Shown here one piece after another: positions 41,797 through 53,179 of a DNA stretch of 64,000 bases. Both the position numbers and the translations under genes were made by a program. Location: contig OZ059895.1 in the NCBI GenBank assembly GCA_964057225.1, positions 16,864,001 to 16,928,000 of the forward strand, read 5' to 3'. A model generated the notes under the pieces. That model made no database searches. It was not told where the DNA came from and worked only from the letters and a program-made list of their open reading frames with translations. This DNA comes from Auanema rhodensis. Lineage: Eukaryota > Animalia > Nematoda. Each line of letters begins with the position of its first letter. Within the stretch, counting starts at the first letter, position 1.

Positions 41797-42103
41797 GTTG
41801 ACGCTGGGACAGCTCGGGGACCGTTCAGCGAATTTCATAGTCTGGATAGCGATTATTTCTTCGAGTACAATTTTCCTTCTGTTATTGCCTTCTTGGACAA
41901 GCGCTTCCCAACCATTCGATTTTTTTTTATTTTTAGACACAAATTTGAAGATTCTTAAGGTCGAGCTTTTACAAACCGTTGACGTCTCCGAATAATACTT
42001 CCGATAGTTCTCAGATCATCTTTGACCTTAATTTTGTTCTAATATTCCTTGTGTTCTTTGAAACTTCATCATCAAGACTTCAATCTGAAAAAAAAACAGA
42101 AAA

Positions 42104-42775
42104 TTGAGATTTCATTTAAATTATTCAGTAAGAAGAGAATATAAAAATTCATTCATAAAAAAAAAGGAGGAACTAGACTTCGACGAGCTCGTCGATCTTG
42201 AAGAGGCATTGCTAGTCCCCATTCCCCAGTCTACCGTACTTCATCCTACCGTACCCGCCAAAAGGACCGAACCGTTTAAAAACCGGGCCTTCAAAACTAC
42301 CGTAACCGCCAGACCGACCGTAAACGATGAGCCTACAGTACCTGCCAAAAACAAACAAGAAGAATTAGTCCCATACGGAAAACCACCGTCAAGTACATCG
42401 ATCAAGCTTGAAGAGATCTGTACGAAGATTCAGAAGATGGACAAGAAGCTGAACCTGATTATCGACATCCTCATTCGAAACGAGAGGAAGTACTGGAGAA
42501 AAATGGCCGAAGAAGAAGACAAGAAAAAATGTAAGCTGTGCGAGAGCAATCATGGGACCGATTTCTGCACTAACTACACCTCGATAGCTCAACGATTACA
42601 TAGAGCTCAAGAAATTAATCTATGTATGAGGTGATTAAAGAAGGACCACCGCACAGCCGATTGTAGAAATCCTACAATATGCCACCACTGTAACTCAAGA
42701 GTGTGGGCACATCCGATCTATCTAGAGAAGAGATGGAAGAAAGTAATAGAAAGGGGGGGGGGACAATACTTTTGA
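42104..42775 (+). pseudogene. BEL/Pao-type LTR-retrotransposon Gag-like remnant with three zinc knuckles
   Basis: CKLCESNHGTDFC...LCMR*LKKDHRTADC...CHHCNSRVWAH. The frame continues past TGA 42632-42634 for 46 codons to TGA 42773-42775. Upstream are a Pro/Thr-rich and a coiled-coil-like segment. No pol and no clear start. Confidence 0.7.
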
Positions 42776-42918
42776 AAATAAATCTTTTTCGCTTTAAACA
42801 GATTTTTTAATTTTTTTGACATAACACGCTATGCCACGTTTCAATTGACACACCTAATATTTTTTTTTAAACATTGACATAAATATCACAAATTGTATAA
42901 AAAGGGCACATATGCATA

Positions 42919-43236
42919 CTAATCGATGAGACTTTTTCTGGCCTGCAAGCATTCATAGGTTCTACTATTCATATCCCACATTGCATCGTTTACTCTACTA
43001 CGAATGGTTCGAAACTCTTCAATCATATGATCAACTGCCTTCCTATCGATAGCCCTCCCTGCATAAAGACGAAGAATTTCTTCAAATTTGTGTCTAAAAA
43101 TAAAAAAAAATCGAATGGTTGGGAAGCGCTTGTCCAAGAAGGCAATAACAGAAGGAAAATTGTACTCGAAGAAATAATCGCTATCCAGACTATGAAATTC
43201 GCTGAACGGTCCCCGAGCTGTCCCAGCGTCAACCTT
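42919..43236 (-). other. Unassigned 105-codon open frame spanning the right arm/spacer junction
   Basis: KVDAGTARGPFSEFHSLD...RHKFEEILRLYAGRAIDRKAVDHMIEEFRTIRSRVNDAMWDMNSR...LID*. No 5' ATG and no recognised domain. Confidence 0.3.
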
Positions 43237-43248
43237 TTATATACTACT

Positions 43249-43292
<44 letters not shown>

Positions 43293-45365
43293 TATCCGTT
43301 CAGTACTACCGCTTCAGCTTATTTTACCGCCTGATTTAAACCTTGAAAATCATTTTGTTTCAAAAAAAAGGAAAAAAATCATAATATATAAAGAGTTCAT
43401 TTACATTTTCAGCTGAAAAAAAAACAAATCATATATTATATATTCTGAAATTTTAAATTTTGTTAAAGCCAGCTAATTATCATCTACAATCTCTAAATTA
43501 GAGCTGTTCAACAAGTTTTTTTAAAGAAAAAAAAGAGAAAAAGATGTCAACTTAAAAATATTTTAATTACAATGTAAAGGATGATTACTGTCTTTCTTTC
43601 AATTTTTTTTTCATTTGTATTCTATTTTTTTTAGTTAAGTTGAGCTGAAAAACATATTAAACAAAAAAAAAGAGGTATAGATAGAATAAAATAATCGTAG
43701 TAGTAGTAATTTAAAACCATTTATTATTTATTTTTAATAATTTTTTTAGAAAAAAAAAATAAATATATGATCTTCAGATGCAAAAAAAATTAATATTTAC
43801 CATGAAAACATTCATGAAATGGTACAACAACTCGTTAGAATATAATTTCTTCAAAAAAACAAATAAGGAAACAACGAAAAAAGAAAAGAAAAAATACATT
43901 TATACTTGCTAACATGTATATAATATATTTGATTATAACATTGATAAAGTAGTTCCATTTGGATATATAATAGCATTTGAATCTATTTTAGCATAACTAT
44001 GATCTAAATATATATTATATAAGCATTTGTTTACTATTGTTTTACTACTTAATATAGATTCATATGATGATATTTGAGGAGAAGCATGCTCTTCAAACTT
44101 TAATGACAAACTTAAGTTTTGTAAATCGTTACGTGTCGTCCAGTATATGCGCTCATCTGATCCACGTTCCGAACGAATTGTCTCAATCACCGTTTCGTAA
44201 TTTCGATGTTGTAACAGCAGATTTCGTAAATATTCCTTGTCAGCTTTGTTTAGCCATGTCTTGGATATATCCAAGTCGTGCACAATGTGTCCAGAACAGT
44301 AACTCGTCTGATATAAGCCGTTGTGCAGTTGACGCAAACGTATGAAGGCGCTGCAGTGTAGCTGGACTTTGCGTGTTGGGTGGCCTCGTCGATGTACTAT
44401 ACTGTTTGTCCGTTTTGTTGGTGGATGACCAGTTCGATGGCATCTATACATGATATCTTGATTGTGTCTGGTTGTCCGCTTTATGAAGCAACTGCCAGTC
44501 TCACGTTGTAGAGCGACGAGCCAATTCTAAAATGAAGATGTGTATATGAGCATGCAGCATATGAAATACCTCAAAATCATTGAATGAAGTATGAAAAACT
44601 TTTTTGATAGAATAGTCTTGAGGCTGACCAGCTGCTCCAACTTCTTGATGAAGCAATTCGCAATGATTAGCTAATGCTTCATGAAATCCAAGTATAGATG
44701 TACATCCGGGTACAGGGCAAGGAACGAATTTCTAAAATACTGTCAACTGAATCATTAAATTCATAAAATAATCAAAATGTACCAGTTTCAAATGAGAATT
44801 GTACGTTTCCGCTGATGATAATCTTCTGGATAAGGGTTCATCAACTGTACTGAAGTTCTTCCTTGATTTGGTGACTATTTCATTGGTTCTATTATAATTT
44901 TCAGATTTGAATGCATAAAGCTGCAATGAACATTCAGAGGTTTTACGAAACCATCTGATCAAATGTTGGACAGAAGTCTCCGGCCATCGATGAACTATGC
45001 GTAGATGACGGTACATGACATTCCGACAAGATAGCATACGGTAGCATTCAGGACAGGAAACATATGTACGTGCAGTTCGTGATCCTTCTGAGTTTGATCT
45101 CAGAATCGAAGTATAACTCAATGTTTCAACATTGTTTAATGAGACTTCTGTATCCTTGAATGAAGGCAAAAATTGATCAGTTTGATCAGTTGACAAACGG
45201 CAGGGATAAGTGTCATACATTGGAATTGAACTATCTAATATGATTACTACAATTTAATCTTTAACCTACATGTTTAAGATCACCCACGTATATTCTAATT
45301 AAAATTAATTTTGAAATGTAAATCACCCGCCATTTCAAAATTAATAAGCACGCAGTGCGGTTGCA
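43079..45365 (-). repeat. Right arm (2287 bp) of long inverted repeat
   Basis: Reverse complement of 39665-41951; ends ...CGCAGTGCGGTTGCA. Confidence 0.97.
43933..45220 (-). CDS. C2H2 zinc finger / MULE N-terminal-like protein, right copy (exons 45220-44783, 44731-44570, 44526-43933)
   Basis: Exact mirror of 39810-41097; co-oriented with fce-1 and 270 nt downstream of it. Confidence 0.8.
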
Positions 45366-45368
45366 TCA

Positions 45369-45374
45369 TTTATT
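45369..45374 (-). terminator. Likely poly(A) signal AATAAA of fce-1
   Basis: Plus-strand TTTATT, ~117 nt after the fce-1 stop and 3 nt outside the palindrome edge. Confidence 0.55.
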
Positions 45375-45490
45375 GAAAAAAAAGATAAGATGAACAGAAC
45401 AGAACAGTATTATTCAATAAATGAGATAATAATAATAATAATAATACTGAACCGACGAAACAAAGAAAGCACGCAGAAGTTAATTTTTAA

Positions 45491-47338
45491 CTATTCAGGC
45501 TTATGCTCCTTAATGGCTCGGATTCTCTCAATAATTGGTGGATGAGAGTGGTTGAAAGCCGAATATAGAGAGTCGTCGATTGGCATAGAGAGGTTATCCT
45601 TTAAATAATTTTAAATATTTCTATTGTACAGGTATATAGAAAAGCTAACCTTGCTAAGCTTTTTAAGGGCGCTGATTAGCTCGCTTCCGAATCCAAGATC
45701 AACAGCGTATTTATCGGCTTGGAATTCACATCTACGAGAATGAATATTCATCAAAAATCCGTCAATCTAGAACAGATGGGTTGCTTCATGACTTAAGAAT
45801 CAAATTTTACTTCATTGTAAGGAGCCATAACGTATTGGAAGACAAGAATGAAACCAATAATCACAGGGGTATTGTGGAATCCAAAGCACTAAAAAGAAAT
45901 ATTTTAGAATCTAACAGAAATGCTAATGTATTACTTCATAAAGTGCAGTCCACTTGTAGAAGTAGCTGAAGGCGAAGAACATGAAAAAGATGTTGATTTC
46001 AGTAATGACCAAGTTAATGACTGTGTGAGAAAGAGCCCAATGTCCAAGCTCATGTCCAAGAACGGCAACAACTTCTTTATTAGACATTCCACGAGCCTTA
46101 AAATATTTGAAGGTAACAGACAAAGGTTCCGATAAATTTAGGTAGAAACCTTTTCCTTTTCATCCTCAGGTTCTTGCAATTCAGCACATTCTTTCATGAC
46201 CTTCTCTTTCTCTTCTCCGCTCAACAGGGTGTCATAGAGAACAATACGTTTGTTTTTCCAGAATCCATACATATAAGCATTACTGTGAGCAGAACGCTTA
46301 GAACCTTAAAAATTTAATAATTGTATAAAAGAGAAAACTTCAAGTGAACCATGAACAACATATAGCTTAGTCAACGGGTATTGAACAGAGGCAGCCAGGT
46401 TTTCAATAGCAGTCTGCAAAAAGATATTTTCTTTTAGCTTGAAAGGAAGAGTTAATATACCTTCAATGGACCATCAGGCAATGGAATGTACTTGTCAAAG
46501 AGAGGAGCAATGAAAGCTGGATAGATTGTCATGAGAACGAAGATGATGATAGAAACGAATATCCAAGTGTATACAAAGAAGTAATCTCCTATTAATAGAA
46601 GAAATTAGTTTCAAAACTCAGAATATGCAGAATAGTACCTCCAGAAAGAACAATCCATTCTAAACCAAAGACGATAGGAGCAGTCATAGCAGATGAAACG
46701 ATGAATTTCTTGATCTGAAAACGAATAGTTGGTAATAAATGGCTAAGAATATATTCAATTAACCATGTCAGCGAAGTAAAATCCAATAGTTTGCTTGTTA
46801 AATCCATGCTTTTGCTCAATTACAAAGGTATCATAAAGTGACCAAGGTAAATCAACGACGGTGGAAATTAAACTTGCAAGAATAGTAAAACAAACGGACT
46901 AAAATAGTAATATGATAAACATCAGCTGCTAGTTCATGAGTACTCACTTGGAATGGCATATTGTCACAGAAATACCAAAGTGCAGGTAACCATCCATTAA
47001 GTAAAACAGCCTAAAAGGATAAAAAATTATCCAAAAAAATTCGTTGTCATCCTTACAGTGTTAAAGAGTTGATTGAAAATTTGGTGGGCGAATCCAAATC
47101 TATGAGTATCTAATTTGTAGTTACGAGCTTTAGTATAAACCTGAAATTCAATAGAAAATGATTGTATGCGTCAGGAAGTAAACAAGCACACCTCTTCGGT
47201 TATCAAGTCAGCTACTTCTTTTGGACGAGTAGCATTTCGTTCATGAACCTTATACTGACGCCATCCAAGATACAGATCCCATAAGAAAACAGACCAATTG
47301 CCTAATACAATAACGAAAAAGAGAGTGGCTGGTTCCAT
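45491..47338 (-). CDS. fce-1: CAAX prenyl protease 1 (ZMPSTE24/STE24, peptidase M48), 12 exons, 438 aa
   Basis: Exons 47338-47192, 47140-47057, 47010-46948, 46898-46764, 46714-46639, 46588-46461, 46413-46350, 46304-46150, 46096-45935, 45888-45811, 45766-45650, 45598-45491 splice in frame. Motifs: [39 protein letters not shown] (HExxH), EFQAD, HSHPP. Confidence 0.96.
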
Positions 47339-47591
47339 ACCTATATTCAAAAAATAATAGACAATGAATTAAGCTGGCAATAGAAATAAGAAGTGAAATC
47401 GAACACCTGTCTTTGATGGAAAATAAGCAAAAAATTGTGAAATTTTATAAAAATGACCAGATTTCTATTTTTGATATGATAGCACTCGAGATATGACCTT
47501 GACATTAAAATAAATATTTTTTACAAACATGTGTACAAAGCGTGAACTGATAATTTGATATGAATTGTGAAGAAATAAAAGAATATAACTA

Positions 47592-50500
47592 TTATTCCAA
47601 ACTATTATTTATCCCGTTTGAATATACCGTTGTTAAATCAACCTGAAAAATACAATTTTAGATAAAAATAATGAAATAAAAATGATTTTAATCTGGCTTT
47701 TGGTTGCTTACATGGATATTTGCATATGTTTCCTGTAATAGAGTTCTAGCTGATTTCCTTTTCTTTGGATCTACTACAAAGCAATCCATCAAAAACTTCC
47801 TTTCTAAATCCGAAACCTAAAATTCATTTGTATTATTATTCGTAAATTTGTGAATAAAGTATACCCCATTCTTAATTGGAGGAGATTTTCCATTACCAAG
47901 CATATATTGAATCTGGAAATTATTACACGACTTCCATGGCACTTCTCCAGTCACCTGCAAATTAATATTTAATATTTATATTTTAATCAGATCACAAACC
48001 ATATGCAGTACAACACACCCTACACTCCAGATATCAATAGCTCTTCCGTAACCAGGTATTTGACCATCGCTTGTGCGTCCGAAATTCACAACTTCTGGAG
48101 CCTAAAAAATCGTTTGCTTTATTAACAGAAAAAGTAAAAAGAAACGCATACCATATATGCTGGAGTACCAACAAGCAGCTTCAATTCACCGAATGTTGTC
48201 GTCTGACTTGATAAGAAGATGGAACATCCAAAATCACCGAGTTTCAACTGAGAACATCTGCTTATGAATATGTTGTCAGGTTTGATATCACGATGAACAA
48301 TCTAAAGTCATATAGGTAAGAATTTGAAATCAAAGTAGACGTATACTTTATTCTGATGGAGATACGCCACAGCTTTCAAGAGGCCATTCGTGAAACCTCT
48401 TGCCAGATGAGAGTCCAAGCGATTTCCACCCAAGTAGTTGCCCAAAGTTTCCGGATAATATTCGAGAGCAATGAATACTTCTCCGTTTGAGGAAAATACT
48501 TGAGGATCATAAAGCTTGACCAAATTCACATGATTGACGCTTCGTAAGATTTTAATTTCATTGTGAACAGCCTGAACAGAACTGATGAAGCAAATCGATC
48601 AAAATAATATTGACTTACTTCTTTGTCTATAGCAGCCAACCTTATTTTCTTCACAGCAATCAGTGACATATCTTTTATTGCTATAGCTTTGTATACATCA
48701 GCTGATGCTCCACTTCCTAAATATTAACAAAGTTTGTTGAAGAGTTCAGTCTTACAAAAATCTGATAAAAACAATATAACATAGAAAATGGAAATCACAC
48801 CTATTTTTGGTAACAGGCGCCACTTGGTTTCCGAAACTTCATCAAATTTGACTTCACTTCCTTTAGTAACCTCTACTTCTTTACCAAGGCTGGATTCATA
48901 CTATACAATAATATATATACATATAACATTAGCTTTAATGATTTCTCACCTTAGCAGCTATACGAGCATCAAGTTCTTCACAAGCAACTTTGAATCTTTT
49001 ACGTTCATGACCGCCTTCGGAATGTTTGTAAAACTTTTGACGATGAATATTGCCATTAGAATTCTCAGGTGGTTCATGCGTTTTCATAAATAGTTCTGTA
49101 CAATTATATGATGTGTTTGCAAATTTCTGAAATGTTTTTAACTTTATAGGAAAACCCATAAAAAACAAACCTCTAAATCATCTTTACTAAGTAAAGCAGT
49201 ACTCTTTTCACAGAAAAGAAGAAAAAAATTAAGTGCTGACAAAGCCCAAACAGGAACAATATATTGCCTGCTGGGGTCAGTTTGAGATCTTATATTATTA
49301 AATTTCATGTTCTTGACTAGATCATACCAACTAAAGAACACATACTCAGTAAACGGGAAGATTAGTAAGAACTCGCCTTGTTATCACTTCCAACGATTCC
49401 TGGACGAGTTCTTGTTGCTGTTTAAGCATTCCCGATTCAAAGATCATTCGATGAGCATCACGATGCAACTGAAAAATGAGTCATCAAAAAACGGGAATTT
49501 AGAAAAAAATTAATTAAAACCTGGAAAAGAACATTAAAAGCTTGTCTCATGGTTGATTGAGCTTGATAATGATATTCACTGCTCTCCACTTCTAATTCTT
49601 GACGAACCTCTACTATCAATAAACGAAGCTTAGTTATCATTTGTAAAAACTTCTCCTAGAATCATATACATGAGATTATTTATATACTTGCAAAGAGATT
49701 CAACTTACATAAACATCGTTGATATGAGTTTCAATATTCTCATTGGTAGAGCAAAATTGCTTCGACAATTGAAGAATATTGTTCAATTTTGTCTTGTTAA
49801 GTTCAAAATTTCCCATTGAACAAACAAGATCAGTCTGGAATTAGGAAAATAAGTAAAATCTATTGGTCCAAGCTATCAATTACTCTTAAATGACTCAGAG
49901 AAAAGCTCGTTTCATCATCTCGATCTATGACTTTAATCCGTTTGTATGACCAAGCATCCCTGTTGTTTTTTTCAAAATAAATCTTCGGAAAACTGATTGA
50001 AATACCGTATTTTCGATTCCTCATCGGGTAAGATTAATGCATATCCTTCAGTAGCTGACTTCCATTTCCTTCCCTCACACAAAGCTGCTAAAAGCTCTCC
50101 AACTGCAGAAGGTTCCATAGCAGTAGTTTTATCGACAAAGATGGTAACTGCCATTGAGGAGCATTTCGATTCAACCTAGAGAAATGCAATTGAGAAACTA
50201 AAATTACTTGTGAATGACTCACCAGGACATGGTCAGATTCGATAAGTGGAATAATGTCATTTAAATTGCCCAAGAGCTCGTAGCCTGTAGCATTTTGAAG
50301 ATCGCCGAGCACTGTTCGAAGCAAGTTGCCAATTCGATTAGTTCTTTCATGAACTTTTCGAATTATGCGATTATACTCGCGACAAGTATGGAACGTTTCC
50401 CCTCCAACTTCAAGACTGGAAAAAAATGAATAAAATTTGAAGTTAAAGAGGATTTAGTTCCATACTCATTTGAATCAGGATCGTAATAATCTTGAGTGCC

Positions 50501-53003
50501 ATCCTTTGCATTCTCCCAATAATCAACGACCAAGGTTTCCAATAAGCTAGATATAAGTGATCTACAAATCAGAAAACAGATGCATTATTGGTTATTCACA
50601 TAAAGAACTTACAAAAAATATGAAGATTGATATTCCACTCCAGAAGATATGGAACGAGAAATCTGGAAAGCAGCTTGCCATTCTTCTTCGAGCACTGGCC
50701 AAAGATTGTCGAGATATTCTTCAGAAACTGCACGAGACCATTGTGTAAGATATTTGAGATAATTCTTTAAAATTAAATTTTAATTATATAATTGAACACA
50801 TTTAACCACTTACAGTAAACACTGATTTTAGCTGTAAATCAAAGTCTATGGAATACTGCTTCGGCAAAAGATTGCCTGTTGATTTTGCTATGGCTAGGTA
50901 CTGTCGTTTGATCCTAAAATAGTATTTTTCATGGTTAGCAGGATAAGTTCACATACTTAACAGCTTCTTCCACACAATCTTTGCAATCCACCATTAAAGC
51001 TTTTAAGGTTAAAACATCGTTTTTGTTTTCATCGTTTAACGTATCCCCCGATCTTAATTGTTGGATCATGATAGAAATAGTTCATATAATATCAAACCTA
51101 ACAGTAAGCCATTCTAATACTAATTCCATGGGAATATTAACTAAAAATTTAAACAGAGGAGCATATGATGGAAGTTGCATCTTGATGAAAGCTTCATTAG
51201 AAGGGCCAAATTTAGTTGTATAAACTCCTTCCGAATCATATCGTTTAATCTGGAAGTTCATTTCAATTATCTTTCTCTCTCTTTCAATGTTTCATCTAAC
51301 CTCCTCATCGTTTAGCAAATATGCTTTTCTCCTACTAACAGCTTCAGCATAGGTATGAGGTCTCTCATGAAGAAGAAGAGTTACTTTGATGAATGTAATA
51401 CTGGCAATCGATAAAACTCGTCTAAGAATCTTCTTCATTCCCTAAACACAATTTACATTTTAAAAAAAGATAAACTATAGAAAAACCTCCAAATTTAATG
51501 ATTTCTTTACATAATCTGTAAAAACAGACCGGGCATTTTGAACACAAACACAGCCTTGTTGTCCTCGATTATTATTTAAACCAATTTTTGAAGGCCATTT
51601 TTTTGTTTCATCGATTTCAAATAATTGTCGAAACTTAAATGAAAAAATAAACTTCATCTGTGGAAAAGCTGAATCTAACCTGAAGAATCTTTTCATCTAA
51701 ATCATCAACCGTGTTAAACCAAGCGTTAAGGACTTCAACTCTTTCAACAAAAACTGACACAGATTCTGCATTCGAGCTGAAGGAGATTCATTCCCTTTTA
51801 TATAATTTAGAAAAAAGAAATATTACTTTTCCGATAAATATGCTATCATAGCACGGAAACTAGGAAACAAGGATTGAAACTGTTCCAAGTCTTCAAGAAG
51901 AGTATAAACTGAAATTTTAAATTTGAGTGGTATTTCTGAAAACAATCATACCTCTTTGCCTGACATCAGCTAAATGTACCATATACACAGGTACTAAATT
52001 AAGTGTGACATTTTGAAATGGAACGGTCACAGTGAAATTTAGTATTTTATTAACTATTTTAGCATACTTTGTTCGAGCTTTCATAACATGAGTATCTTGA
52101 TCAACCATACCTGGTCGAGCACAATATAGAGGTCTAAAGAGAAAAGGTATTAACAGAATTTAGAATTATCTTTATAATTTTACCTTCCTGCTATGAAAGC
52201 ATTTAATTCTAACCAAACTACGTCACAGTATTTATGACCATCAATTATTATAACCTAAATGAATTAATTTGAAAATTAAGTTAATTTTCTATTTTCAGAA
52301 ATTTTTGTCTAAATTAATTAGACCGTCACTTATTAATTATTAAAAAAGATTTTTAGATTGTTCGAATTTGATAAATTTATACTCACTTCTTTTCCCTCTT
52401 TATCTTGTTTCTTAATTTTAGATGTTTTATCCGATTTACATACTAATGCTTGTAGTTGTTCATGTATAACTTGTCTAAAACTTCATTTTCCAGAGAAATG
52501 GTGGAAACAGTAGAATTCTTCTGCTCACCTAGCATCCTGTACAGGTGCCTGTACAGAATCGTAAGTATCGGTCGAAGTTCGTCCATCTGAAGATGAAGAT
52601 TGTTCTCGTCTCAACACAGGCAAACATAAATAAGTAGATTTCTTTTCATGCTGAAAGAAAAGAAAAAGCATGCAAATAGCCACAACGAATAACTCACCAC
52701 TGTTGATGTTCTATGAACATCGTCAGGATCATAATATAAGTCATAAGCTGCTCCTTTACTCTTTCTTGTCATATCTTAAAATAGTTCGTTAGAATAAGAT
52801 TGAAGAATGATAAGTTTTCACTTTTGTTTCCGCCTTTAGCAAGACTTGACCTCCCACGATAAAGCTTAGCAGTAAGTTTACGAGATGGAGTTGGCTTACC
52901 ACTGAAACAAAATTATTTGCATCATGAAAGCCTTGAAAAGGAAAAACCTGCGATGTTGGTAATTTTGTTCAATATCTGATAAACTACTCGAACGCTTAAT
53001 CAT
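47592..53003 (-). CDS. mtk-1: MAP kinase kinase kinase 4 (MEKK4/SSK2-like), multi-exon
   Basis: N-terminal VVWLELNAFIAGR (MEKK4-type WLEL motif). C-terminal kinase: GSGASADVY, IAVKK, IVHRDIKPDN, LKLGDFG, GTPAYMAPEV, GYGRAIDIWSVGCVV. ATG 53003 follows TTATAG-G; stop at 47594-47592. Internal exons were not all traced. Confidence 0.9.
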
Positions 53004-53179
53004 CCTATAACGACTATCAGAATATTGTATTCATGCCATAAGTTTCAAGTATGTCTTGGTGTATCAGCCCAATGAAACATGTGAAAAAAAGAAAAAGACT
53101 AGATTTACGTATCACAACCTTATTACCCGTGATTAGCAATAAATTATACAAAAATAATAAATTAGTCTAAATGTACATG

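Larger units (their letters stand above)
39665..41951 (+). repeat. Left arm (2287 bp) of long inverted repeat
   Basis: Reverse complement of 43079-45365. Mirrored ORFs have identical translations and coordinate sums of 85030. Starts TGCAACCGCACTGCG; identity ends after ...CACAAATTTGAAGA. Confidence 0.97.

Noticed and set aside
41952-43078. Complete LTR retrotransposon or Maverick in the spacer
   Set aside because: No direct LTRs, protease, RT, integrase or polB; only a Gag-like fragment
41614-43416. Poly-Met / poly-Ile ORFs (41738-41995, 41614-41940, 43023-43292, 43027-43416)
   Set aside because: Products of the (ATG)n microsatellite
39655-45375. Target-site duplication around the palindrome (TCA on both sides)
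   Set aside because: Only 3 nt, offset by an unpaired G and inside an (ATC)n context; no 8-10 bp MULE-type or TA TSD
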